From IMG/VR virus record IMGVR_UViG_3300042540_001084: a stretch of 64,000 nucleotides of DNA. One strand, given 5' to 3'. Below, one piece after another: positions 30,701 to 38,340 of the stretch (its first letter is position 1; every line of letters begins with the position of its first letter). The stretch is from an uncultured virus (IMG/VR IMGVR_UViG_3300042540_001084). Taxonomy: Duplodnaviria; Heunggongvirae; Uroviricota; Caudoviricetes. The translations under genes were made by a program, and so were the position numbers. A model generated the notes under the pieces. The model was not told the DNA's origin, did not search any database, and saw only the letters and a program-made list of their open reading frames with translations.

Positions 30701-31303
30701 GCAAAACAATTCTATGACTTGTTAATTCAAAATGTTAGTACAACGTCTACAGATGCTATTGAGATTGAAAGATATCAAAACTTAAGATTTATAATATTCT
30801 TAATATCTTGGGCTGCAAGTGGTAACAAAGACAGTAAAAACTTCATTGGTTTAAACAATAACTTTGGAAGAATTACTTTAGATTATAATTATGGTGAGTT
30901 AAGAACTTATTTTGAACCAACATATTCTTGTATGGATATTGAAAATCTAAATGGATTACCACTTTCATATCCTGTTGCTAATTTTGTTGACCCTGTAGAA
31001 TTTATGTTATTTATGAGAGATAGATTGATAAATAGAGTCGGGGATATTCAAAACAAATCTATTGAAACTTTCTATCTACAAAACTGGCCAGCAAATAGAG
31101 GAACTGATTTAACCTCAGATACACAGTTGTCATTCAACTTAATTGAAGGTAATAGGTTGGCGAAGAATCTTGGACTTGTTAGTACAATACCTGTGTTTAA
31201 AATCACACCAACACCTACACCAACAGCTAACAATCAAAATATAATAAACAACATTCCACCTACTTGTACTCCAAGCCCAACCCCTAGTACGACCCCACAA
31301 TAA
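24719..31303 (+). CDS. giant baseplate hub protein (gp27/VgrG-like), 2194 aa
   Basis: CDVVGLGNAMIQPTMYFNLRHVPMFNGSYLITDVTHTITPGQFETKFTGVR near the C-terminus; FYLTLKGYYG near the N-terminus; follows the LysM gene. Confidence 0.65.
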   Translation: MAGNSFGDNSGSIYAESFDNIIVVDPNKVVRGGVNGQTVIEERLVDHENLVMYANLECELLPRTRLNVGASPTTQTETISIASINFLKPNSDQFMNTGYYDDLTGLNSNQGKARLQRSEEVVEEYGRKVYRGSTVTDKNGRTIDPGLLGITSISVITKTSFIPEVSIEFEDVRGKALFEQGEQSPYAAFFHLPYPPFYLTLKGYYGQAVRYQLNLHTFEARFNTMSGNYQVSCKFYGYKYNILNEIQMGHLIALPHMYSKTFTYTNSIVETESADDNSANNAGQNIPSNAQSQNNLSVTRVNERGRQKMHEVYSEYKAKGLIDKNFPELTIMELGYKLQQFEQNIINSYRKVDMQPITDATSYKKTLNQYYKSVRDAKNSWFTTFLDPKPFVLKDGQYAYVFKKNLTQSQRVTAQSELSAITQTYNTKLAQNGTFGAEAKQNFKIPNPITPSIYIENFQLDNIDWEKTFIDRTSIKYPTPEEISAFIVKSAEQYFSVVVEATPEGLKEVKKNFYVFVGANRFDTIIKSMESQIDAKVTELETKLSAELADKVERADTGIGFRPTVRNISAVIMASTEAFIRLMDDVHIQAYSVRQDPVRKNVVLNNNSTSIKSPDDVNYVPLTANASQEFIDNSQQPVYPWPQVFVENNGTDDQPRYTLTYPGDIAFVNQSKGYLYDKWPEVEFVEEYLKGTAQRNDPPISQPPADNDAATVKRLNLNALEFPNIGLAYLNKEELKYFYEIYERQLIYQFYTGFGRVTNDNTSKTFVGDIIGITEGTNIIESLGLSNPYLTQKLKEYPFTANNFTQTLEAFSNQGTGLFWGEFIQDIYITPYLKNYTQNPFSILSTKYLSNTVSNSFVSLPQTPQLQQFLKSTSTNPIQIVDTFPFTNQDWNIKNLSQYILGGSVDVANNTSNTYKVYEPKNIISNFTGIDDYNTNRPVTNFNYLNTAIPALTTNVNTFYITRQPATLLPTEGYVDYPTTGLPVRTTTSMLNTPYFVNAILEGVAKEKNKEQYPYVAAAFLFLNSLPLATFKDRYKTNLAGVTTPLDYIFASFKKFGALHKVPYVWVLKYGAIWHRYKTQVQTNQDILGGCWGNFDYKQNYDPINQNTAKTYTLNGVGKITLQTETVDNNVKYTTMQVGFYPKLINEFNYFYNSQDLYTAYTDGEINESIKNGLKIQNLSESNINKNTTKDLQTRVIDIKTYSVLLPDSITPSVPNTVVCDEPPTTPTYQYYVIPSFGSQMNQVNNACFSTTGLLTQELYNNEALFNGSVRAFWSLPNYGYYDNQTIYRPGTGSYMFDENNLFGNVPFELIQTNEYSKIDDVFSVFDKQILDILENEFLNFSKALTNFNINEENSNVIDPGASLSVGGGFEQFSDLETTYRNFQKMMRSLMSVQIPLSSATSEDLFETIIQSQFSNSIAQIQNIMEYDVVLRMGNPTRYNRRAVDSYIGYITNTSQVINPLQFGPYQNNLPTNGGTVSLQNSIASNPDAWRTLQLEVGFSTIPELIYDNNGSYITDFFVQSNINFTSANITELSQVIRMYATQRLENPNLTITEFTGQLQGYLNTYNAFKNVGLDNTLINVRKGLPEISELPEKTIQSKFDSKQAKVDLYEAFKALNDKWIAGTDYKRYTLFEDMLFLDRASRNIGDKVVVDIFKLKQIISEDTINLNMGVFVFLAGILTDNHFTIMPMPAYVNFYNVQEPTLNAVPNIPSTIDFANEMWGTYLTVDYRRSGPKLVCFYANRPSSYIDTTDKSVNNYLFRTDTFDLRNPVGNPNVENQTNKTDWALSNRCVGFTVDIGVRNQNIFYSFSVSQDNGKATAESVWTINNMANAASGRDTATQNNSLYNIYQNRSYQCDVVGLGNAMIQPTMYFNLRHVPMFNGSYLITDVTHTITPGQFETKFTGVRQSVLSYPYTENLLQSINQNLVGKLITAVTQRKDDDKGTNATTTQGNNANVSTNSNTQQSAQNSCDSKVLETPYKQAGYTSVSGTQTKLTAKQFYDLLIQNVSTTSTDAIEIERYQNLRFIIFLISWAASGNKDSKNFIGLNNNFGRITLDYNYGELRTYFEPTYSCMDIENLNGLPLSYPVANFVDPVEFMLFMRDRLINRVGDIQNKSIETFYLQNWPANRGTDLTSDTQLSFNLIEGNRLAKNLGLVSTIPVFKITPTPTPTANNQNIINNIPPTCTPSPTPSTTPQ

Positions 31304-31344
31304 AATTATTTGAATTTTATAGATATTTATAAGAAAAATTGGTT

Positions 31345-31569
31345 ATGGACCTAAATAATATGTTAAATCAGTATCTTGGTAAAAATGTAAGAATGTCATC
31401 AAAGGATAATGGTGACGGAACCAAGCAAGTTTGTGACTTAGACACTGGCGATTGTTATATCGTTAGAGAAAGAGATGGCCTTATTGAAAGAGCAGGACAC
31501 GATGTCACTGCTAACAGAAGAGTTAGAGTAGAGACTCCACACGGTATAAAACAACTTTTAAACGGTTAA
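31345..31569 (+). CDS. hypothetical protein
   Basis: ATG at 31345 downstream of TATTTATA at 31324; VCDLDTGDCYIVRERDGLIE. Confidence 0.7.
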   Translation: MDLNNMLNQYLGKNVRMSSKDNGDGTKQVCDLDTGDCYIVRERDGLIERAGHDVTANRRVRVETPHGIKQLLNG

Positions 31570-31573
31570 GAAA

Positions 31574-32233
31574 ATGAGTATTGACAAAAAGATTCTAAAA
31601 GAAATACAAAGATATCATAGTATAAACAATTATATCACAGAACAGGAACTACCTGTTGCTCCTGAAGCGGCAGGTGAACCAGCTCTTGATGCGGCGGCAT
31701 TACCACCGGCACCTGCGGATGCTGCAGCTCCTGAGGCGGCCCCTGTAACTCCTGAAAAAATAGATGTTGCAACTGATGATGAGGTTACAAAGATTGATGA
31801 TGAGGGAGAATCTGCTGAGGGTGATTCAAACACTGAGGAGATAGACGTTACTGATATTGTTAAAACTACTGAAAAAATAGATTCTAAGCAAGATAAGTAT
31901 TTTGAACAACTTTTTGGATACATCCAAAATTTAGAAACAAAATTAAGTGAAATGGACGGTTTAGTAGAAAAACTTAATAGTATTGAAACGAAAATTGAAA
32001 AATACAGAGAAAAGACACCGCAAGAAAAATTACAACTAAGAAGTTTAGATTCAGGACCATTTAATCAAAAACTATCAGATTTTTTTGACGATAAGAAAGA
32101 AGACTTTGAAAAATCAGGTAAACACGAATATATTCTAACATCGGATGAAGTTGAAGATGTAAATCCGGCTGAAATAAAGAAGACATTTGATGACGACGAA
32201 GAAGACGAATTTAGAGGATTTAAGAGTAGATAA
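31574..32233 (+). CDS. acidic coiled-coil protein, possibly head-internal/scaffold-like
   Basis: N-terminal ILKE..ITEQE, Ala/Pro linker, acidic tract, coiled coil LETKLSEMDGLVEKLNSIETKIE. Confidence 0.6.
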   Translation: MSIDKKILKEIQRYHSINNYITEQELPVAPEAAGEPALDAAALPPAPADAAAPEAAPVTPEKIDVATDDEVTKIDDEGESAEGDSNTEEIDVTDIVKTTEKIDSKQDKYFEQLFGYIQNLETKLSEMDGLVEKLNSIETKIEKYREKTPQEKLQLRSLDSGPFNQKLSDFFDDKKEDFEKSGKHEYILTSDEVEDVNPAEIKKTFDDDEEDEFRGFKSR

Positions 32234-32265
32234 CTTTTGACTTTTATGATTTCTTGATTACATTT

Positions 32266-32291
32266 AGGGTTGTGGTAACACGACCCTTTTT
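32266..32291 (+). terminator. intrinsic terminator
   Basis: AGGGTTGTG-gtaa-CACGACCCT (one G-U pair, GNRA loop) followed by T run. Confidence 0.75.
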
Positions 32292-32297
32292 ATTTTA

Positions 32298-32329
32298 TTT
32301 GACTAGTAATTTTTTAAACCCTATATTTG
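32298..32329 (+). promoter_or_regulatory. Bacteroidota-type housekeeping promoter upstream of the SSB/replication cluster
   Basis: TTTG (32298-32301), 20 nt, TATATTTG (32322-32329) fits -33 TTTG / -7 TAnnTTTG; it also reads as TTGACT-N17-TATATT. Confidence 0.65.
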
Positions 32330-32358
32330 TAACACTAATTTTTTAACATTTAATTTTT

Positions 32359-33198
32359 ATGAGTTCACTTGACGCAGTATTAGCACAGTACGAACAATCC
32401 AAATCCGGTGGAGGAGGAATGAGTTCAGAGGAAAGATTGAAAAAGTATTTCACACTTCTCCTAGATGAAAAATCAAATTCAGGACAGCGTAGAGTCCGTA
32501 TTCTACCCACAGGTGATGGAAGTTCACCATTCAAAGAAGCTTGGTACCACGAAGTTCAAGTTGGTGGTAAATGGCAAAAGTTCTATGACCCAGGAAAGAA
32601 CGATAATGAACGTTCACCACTTACTGAGGTTTACGAAGAACTAATCTCAACAGGTAAAGAGTCTGATAAGAAATTAGCGGACCAATATCGCTCACGTAAG
32701 TTCTACGTAGTTAAAGTTATTGACCGTGACCACCCTGAAGACGGTGTTAAGTTTTGGAGATTCAAACACAACTACAAACAAGACGGTATCCTTGATAAAA
32801 TTATTCCAATTTGGAGAAACAAAGGTGACATCACCGACCCTGAAAAAGGACGTGACCTTGTCATTGAGTTGACCAAACAAAAAACTCCTAAAGGTGCTTT
32901 CTACACCGCAGTTTCAACTATTATGTATGACGACCCTTGTCCGATTCACGAAGACAAAAAAGTTATGAAAGAGTGGTTGGAAGATGAATTGACTTGGAGA
33001 GACGCATATTCTAAGAAACCTGTAGAATATTTGGAAGCGATTGCTCGAGGTGAAGTTCCACGTTGGGATTCTGAAAAAGGTGGTTACGTTTATAGTAATG
33101 ATGAAGAAGCCACTGAATCTTTTGGAGGTAGCTCATCTTCAAGTAACTACGAAGACCCACAAGCAAGTTCACAAGTTGACGAGGACTTGCCGTTCTAA
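32359..33198 (+). CDS. ssb: single-stranded DNA-binding protein (T4 gp32-like)
   Basis: RVRILP, VKVIDRD..EDGVKFW, DITDPEKGRDLVI and an acidic tail ending VDEDLPF. Confidence 0.85.
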   Translation: MSSLDAVLAQYEQSKSGGGGMSSEERLKKYFTLLLDEKSNSGQRRVRILPTGDGSSPFKEAWYHEVQVGGKWQKFYDPGKNDNERSPLTEVYEELISTGKESDKKLADQYRSRKFYVVKVIDRDHPEDGVKFWRFKHNYKQDGILDKIIPIWRNKGDITDPEKGRDLVIELTKQKTPKGAFYTAVSTIMYDDPCPIHEDKKVMKEWLEDELTWRDAYSKKPVEYLEAIARGEVPRWDSEKGGYVYSNDEEATESFGGSSSSSNYEDPQASSQVDEDLPF

Positions 33199-33208
33199 TA
33201 ATAATGTG

Positions 33209-33252
33209 AAGGACATTCTCAAGGTCAAACTGTCTTTGAGAGTGTCCTTTTT
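33209..33252 (+). terminator. long hairpin / terminator after SSB
   Basis: AAGGACATTCTCAAGG pairs with CTTTGAGAGTGTCCTT (two G-U pairs), followed by T run. Confidence 0.65.
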
Positions 33253-33265
33253 AATTTAAAAAAAA

Positions 33266-33496
33266 ATGAAAATCAGAGAAAAAATGTATGAATCACTTAT
33301 CAAGAAATATGAGAGTGAAATTGCTGAGGCAGAAGCAACTTTGATGGTGTATATGGAAAATCCTGTTGGGATTGGTGAACACCCACAACACATTGAAGAA
33401 ATGGACAAGTTTATTGAAAAACTTGCAAATGCTAGTGATAAATTACAAACATTACAAATGTTTTACAAATACAATTATGGCAATCAAGAAAAATGA
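33266..33496 (+). CDS. conserved small phage protein (GIGEHP family)
   Basis: YMENPVGIGEHPQHIEEMDK motif recalled from T4-like aquatic phages. Confidence 0.7.
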   Translation: MKIREKMYESLIKKYESEIAEAEATLMVYMENPVGIGEHPQHIEEMDKFIEKLANASDKLQTLQMFYKYNYGNQEK

Positions 33497-34478
33497 TTTT
33501 AGTTCAGTAAAGAAGAAGTTTTCTACTTCAGCCAAATACAAACCCCAAAGGTTTTTTGACTGTGGTCCTGACTTCTTGGATGCTGTTGGTTTACCTGGTC
33601 CTGCGATTGGACACATCAATATGTTCTTAGGTCACTCAGACACTGGTAAAACAACCGCTATGATTAAGACTGCAGTTGATGCTCAGAAAAAAGAAATTCT
33701 ACCTGTGTTCATTATTACTGAACAGAAGTGGAGCTTTGAACACGCAAAAATTATGGGTCTTCAGTGTGATGAGATTGTCGATACAGAGACAGGAGAATTA
33801 GATTGGGATGGTTTCTTTATCTTTAACAATAACTTTGATTACATTGAACAAATCACTGATTATATTAATCAATTGTTAGATGCACAAGAAAAGGGTGAAT
33901 TGGATTACAGTTTATGTTTCTTGTGGGACTCTATTGGTTCTATTCCATCTAAAATGACTTATGAAGGTAAAGGGGGTAAACAACATAACGCAGCAACCTT
34001 ATCTGATAAGATTGGTATGGGTATTAACCAAAGAATTTCAGGTTCTCGTAAATCTGATTCAAAATATGAAAATACTTTAGTTATAGTAAATCAACCTTGG
34101 GTTGAACTACCTGATAATCCTTTTGGGCAACCAAAAATTAAAGCTAAAGGTGGTGAATCTGTTTGGTTGAACTCTTCTTTAGTATTTTTATTTGGAAATC
34201 AAAAAGGTGCTGGTACAACTAAGATTACAGCGACTAAAGACAAGAGAACTGTTAAGTTTGCTTCTCGTACCAAGATTTCTGTAATGAAAAATCACATCAA
34301 TGGTTTGGGTTACGAAGATGGTAAGATTATTGTAACACCTCACGGATTCTTGGCGGGAAAAGATACTACCGAAGAGAAAGCGTCTATTGAGCGTTACAAA
34401 AAAGAATACTCTGATTATTGGAAAGAAGTAATCGGAACAGACGGTGATTTCACTTTGAGTGAGGAAAAAGAGGACTAA
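33477..34478 (+). CDS. uvsX: RecA/UvsX-like recombinase
   Basis: Walker A GHSDTGKTT, catalytic ITEQK, Walker B LWDSIGS, IVNQ, KGG, VMKNH. ATG at 33477 (MAIKK) preferred. Confidence 0.88.
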   Translation: MAIKKNDFSSVKKKFSTSAKYKPQRFFDCGPDFLDAVGLPGPAIGHINMFLGHSDTGKTTAMIKTAVDAQKKEILPVFIITEQKWSFEHAKIMGLQCDEIVDTETGELDWDGFFIFNNNFDYIEQITDYINQLLDAQEKGELDYSLCFLWDSIGSIPSKMTYEGKGGKQHNAATLSDKIGMGINQRISGSRKSDSKYENTLVIVNQPWVELPDNPFGQPKIKAKGGESVWLNSSLVFLFGNQKGAGTTKITATKDKRTVKFASRTKISVMKNHINGLGYEDGKIIVTPHGFLAGKDTTEEKASIERYKKEYSDYWKEVIGTDGDFTLSEEKED

Positions 34479-34495
34479 CCATAAACCCCAAATTT

Positions 34496-35503
34496 GTGAG
34501 AACATTATTAGTAGATGGAGATAACTTATTTAAAATCGGATTCCACGGAGTCAGAGAGTTTTATGTTGACGGAAATCACATTGGAGGGGTATTCCACTTC
34601 CTCAACACCTTACGTAAACAGTTGGAACAAAACGAATACGACAAGGTCATCGTTTTTTGGGACGGTAACAACAACTCAGTCAAAAGACGTGAACTATATC
34701 CTGATTACAAACTAAATCGGAAGAATAATATGACTGAGGAAAAACTTCAGTCATATTACTTCCAAAAGAACCGAGTAAAACAATACTTGGAAGAATGTTT
34801 CGTTAGACAAATCGATATTGATAATAACGAAGCTGATGACTTGGTTGCATACTATTGTATCATTTCTGATACGGAGACCAAAACAATTTTTTCATCTGAT
34901 AGAGATTATATGCAACTTTTGAGTGAGAAGGTATCCATCTACTCACCCATTCAAAAATACCTTTATCAAAAAGGAGACAAAGTCCGTTTGGAAAAAGAAT
35001 GGATACCTCACGAAAATATTTTTGTTTCAAAAGTTATGTTAGGTGATAAGTCTGACAACATATTTGGTATCTACAGTTTGGGTGAAAAAACCTTTCTAAA
35101 ATTGTTCCCTGAGGTGCTTGAAAAACCCGTTTCTGTTGACGATATTTTAACAAAGGCAAAACTTTTACAAGAACAAAACAAAGACAACAAAGTATTGAAA
35201 AATATTTTAAATGGTGTTACAAAAAATGGAGAATTTGGTGAACATTTTTATAAGACCAACAAACAAATCGTTGACTTACATAACCCAATTATTTCTGAAG
35301 ATGCAATGGAAATGGTGAGGTTATTTTATGAGGAGTCTTTGGACCCTGAAGGTCGTACATCTAAAAACATAATTCAGATGATGAATGATGACGGGTTCTT
35401 TAAGTATCTTCCAAAAGATGACGATTCATTTGTAAACTTTATCAAACCAATATTGAAACTAACAAGAAAAGAAAAAAGAAAACACAAACAAACCCTTAAT
35501 TAA
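34496..35503 (+). CDS. 5'-3' exonuclease / T4 RNase H-like flap nuclease
   Basis: LLVDGDNL, VFWDG, RRELYPDYK, EADDLVA, SSDRDYMQL, GDKSDNIFGI..LGEKT. Confidence 0.92.
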   Translation: MRTLLVDGDNLFKIGFHGVREFYVDGNHIGGVFHFLNTLRKQLEQNEYDKVIVFWDGNNNSVKRRELYPDYKLNRKNNMTEEKLQSYYFQKNRVKQYLEECFVRQIDIDNNEADDLVAYYCIISDTETKTIFSSDRDYMQLLSEKVSIYSPIQKYLYQKGDKVRLEKEWIPHENIFVSKVMLGDKSDNIFGIYSLGEKTFLKLFPEVLEKPVSVDDILTKAKLLQEQNKDNKVLKNILNGVTKNGEFGEHFYKTNKQIVDLHNPIISEDAMEMVRLFYEESLDPEGRTSKNIIQMMNDDGFFKYLPKDDDSFVNFIKPILKLTRKEKRKHKQTLN

Positions 35504-35509
35504 TTTTTT

Positions 35510-35962
35510 ATGAAAGAAGAACAAGTAGTTAAATTGGAGCTCCTCCTAACATTGAACGACAACATTGTTGTTCAAAGATTCTTTAATGTTCGTAATTATA
35601 ACCCAAGTGCACATCGTTCAGTACAGACACTTGAGATGTTAAAATACGTTCAAGAAACCCTTCAATATGATTTGAAGATGAAAACAGTAACGTATATGAT
35701 GGACAATCAAGATGCGATTGCTGAAGACCCTGAAATCCTAAATACGTCAAACACCGACGATGCGGAAAACTTTAACATTTTCTTAAAATTGGGTGACAAT
35801 GTATTACTTCACAGAATTTTTGATGGAAAACTTTTCCCACCAAAAATCCGTTACACTGTCGATGTTAGACCTTTCCTGAAGGAATTTCTTCGTAACTTTA
35901 CAGAATTATTTTCCGTTGAAAATTTAACATACAATTACGCGGGTTATGACCTAAGTAAGTAA
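35510..35962 (+). CDS. hypothetical protein
   Basis: 150-aa ORF tightly packed in the replication cluster. Confidence 0.7.
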   Translation: MKEEQVVKLELLLTLNDNIVVQRFFNVRNYNPSAHRSVQTLEMLKYVQETLQYDLKMKTVTYMMDNQDAIAEDPEILNTSNTDDAENFNIFLKLGDNVLLHRIFDGKLFPPKIRYTVDVRPFLKEFLRNFTELFSVENLTYNYAGYDLSK

Positions 35963-35988
35963 TATTTATCAATACTCTAAAGCTCTAT

Positions 35989-37368
35989 ATGAATAAGAAT
36001 TTCGAATATCTAGGAAACACGTTTCAAATACAATTACTCAACCAAATTATCGTAGACAAAGAATTCGCACAGTCCATTGTGGATGTGATAGAGCCCACCT
36101 ATTTTGATAACAATTACTTTAAACTTATCATTACGATGGTTAGAGAGTATTATGCCAAATACCAGTCTACACCATCTTTTGAAACTCTTGAACAAATCGC
36201 TAAGGCGGAAACTTCAGTAGAAATGGTATTAAAAATCCTCTTGGATACTTTGAAAAAAGTCCAAGAGGCACCATTTGAAGGTGCTGTGTTTGTACAAGAA
36301 AAGGCGTTAAAATTCTGTAAACAACAAGAGTTACAGAAGGTAATGAATAAAGCCCAAAAGATTATCAACGAGGGGGACTTCGAATCGTATGATAAAGTTG
36401 AAGGTTTGGTTAGACAAGCTTTACAAGTGGGTGAAAGAGAGACTGGTGTCATTGAAATTTTCTCTGGTTTAGATGATGTCTTAAATGATGATTTTAGACA
36501 CCCAATTCCTATTGGAATACCTGGTATTGACAGATTGTTAAAAGGAGGTTTGGCAAAAGGAGAAATTGGTGTTATCTTAGCACCTACAGGTGTTGGTAAG
36601 ACAACTATTCTTACCAAAATTGCAAACAGTGCATTCAATATGGGATACAACGTACTTCAAATATTCTTCGAGGATAACCCAAAAATTATTCAGAGAAAAC
36701 ATTTTACCATTTGGACTGGTATTGAACCTGATAATCTCGCAACAAGAAAAGATGAGGTTATTGAAAAGGTACAAGAAGTACAGAACTCAATGCCAAACAA
36801 ACTAATATTGAAGAAGTTACCTTCAGATACTATGACTATGAATCAGATTAAAAATCAAATTCGTAAGATGGTTGCTGATGGTACTAAGATTGATATGGTT
36901 ACTTTGGATTACATTGACTGTGTTGTTCCTGACAATCTTAGAAATGATGAGTGGAAGGCTGAAGGTTCGGTTATGAGACACTTTGAGGCAATGTGTCACG
37001 AAATGAATATTGCTGGTTGGACCGCAACTCAAGGTAACCGTTCATCAATATCTTCTGAAGTTGTAACTACAGACCAAATGGGTGGGTCAATCAAGAAGGC
37101 ACAAGTAGGTCACGTGATTATATCAGTTGCGAAGACATTACAACAAAAAGAAATGAAATTAGCAACAATTGCAATCACAAAGTCAAGAATTGGTTCTGAC
37201 GGTATTGTGTTTGAAAATTGTAAGTTCGATAATGAATTGATTATTATTGACACTGAGTCTTCAACAACATTCTTAGGATTTGAAGAACAACAAGAAGAAA
37301 AGAGAAAAGACAGAGTTAAAGAACTCTTGGACAAGAGAAAACAAAGAGAACAACAAAAACAAGCTTAA
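35989..37368 (+). CDS. dnaB: replicative DnaB/gp41-like helicase
   Basis: GIDRLLKGGLAKGE, Walker A APTGVGKT, FFED, LDYIDC, WTATQGNR, KSRIG. Confidence 0.92.
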   Translation: MNKNFEYLGNTFQIQLLNQIIVDKEFAQSIVDVIEPTYFDNNYFKLIITMVREYYAKYQSTPSFETLEQIAKAETSVEMVLKILLDTLKKVQEAPFEGAVFVQEKALKFCKQQELQKVMNKAQKIINEGDFESYDKVEGLVRQALQVGERETGVIEIFSGLDDVLNDDFRHPIPIGIPGIDRLLKGGLAKGEIGVILAPTGVGKTTILTKIANSAFNMGYNVLQIFFEDNPKIIQRKHFTIWTGIEPDNLATRKDEVIEKVQEVQNSMPNKLILKKLPSDTMTMNQIKNQIRKMVADGTKIDMVTLDYIDCVVPDNLRNDEWKAEGSVMRHFEAMCHEMNIAGWTATQGNRSSISSEVVTTDQMGGSIKKAQVGHVIISVAKTLQQKEMKLATIAITKSRIGSDGIVFENCKFDNELIIIDTESSTTFLGFEEQQEEKRKDRVKELLDKRKQREQQKQA

Positions 37369-37376
37369 TTTAAATT

Positions 37377-38324
37377 ATGGAAAAGATATTAATAGAAAAC
37401 CCTAACAGATTTGTTATTTTCCCAATTCAGTATAATGATATTTGGGAGTATTACAAACAACACCAAGCAGCTTTTTGGACTGCTGAGGAAGTTGACTTGT
37501 CAAACGATATACGAGATTGGGAGAACCTTTCAGAGAATGAACAATACTTTATTAAAAATATTTTATCGTTCTTTGCGGCTTCTGATGGAATCGTAAATGA
37601 AAACTTGGCGGAAAACTTTATTAAAGAAGTTCAGTACCCTGAAGCAAAATTCTTTTACGGTTTTCAAATTATGATGGAGAACATTCACTCCTTAATGTAT
37701 TCATTATTGATTGATACATACGTATCAAGTCCTGATGAAAAAGATGAGTGTTTCAACGCTATTGATAGATTACCTGCAGTTCAGAAAAAGGCTAATTGGG
37801 CGTTGAATTGGATTAAAAATGCTTCTTTCCAAGAAAGACTTGTTGCGTTTGCGGCGGTTGAAGGTATTTTCTTTTCAGGTTCATTTTGTTCTATTTTTTG
37901 GTTGAAATCAAGAGGTATTATGCAAGGTTTATGTAATGCAAATGCTTTGATTTTTAAAGACGAAAACCTACATTGTGATTTCGCAATTCACTTGTTGAAT
38001 AATCACGTAGAAAACAAACCAAGTGAAAAAAGAATTAAAGAGATTTTATTGTCGGCTCTTGAGATTGAAAAAGAGTTTATTACTGAATCACTACCTGTTT
38101 CATTAATTGGTATGAATTCAAATCTTATGAAACAATATCTTGAGTTTGTTGTTGATGGTTTATTGGTTAAATTAGGATGTAAGAAGGAGTTTAATGTTGA
38201 ACAACCTTTTAAATTTATGGAACAGATTGCTGTTGAAACAAAAGGTAACTTCTTCGAATCACGAACTGTGGAGTACCAAAAAGCTAAATTAAATGAAACA
38301 ATTTCGTTTACTGACGATTTTTAA
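37377..38324 (+). CDS. nrdB: ribonucleotide reductase class Ia beta subunit
   Basis: [29 protein letters not shown] (radical Tyr), [21 protein letters not shown]. Confidence 0.96.
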   Translation: MEKILIENPNRFVIFPIQYNDIWEYYKQHQAAFWTAEEVDLSNDIRDWENLSENEQYFIKNILSFFAASDGIVNENLAENFIKEVQYPEAKFFYGFQIMMENIHSLMYSLLIDTYVSSPDEKDECFNAIDRLPAVQKKANWALNWIKNASFQERLVAFAAVEGIFFSGSFCSIFWLKSRGIMQGLCNANALIFKDENLHCDFAIHLLNNHVENKPSEKRIKEILLSALEIEKEFITESLPVSLIGMNSNLMKQYLEFVVDGLLVKLGCKKEFNVEQPFKFMEQIAVETKGNFFESRTVEYQKAKLNETISFTDDF

Positions 38325-38340
38325 TTAAATTTGTAGAATT

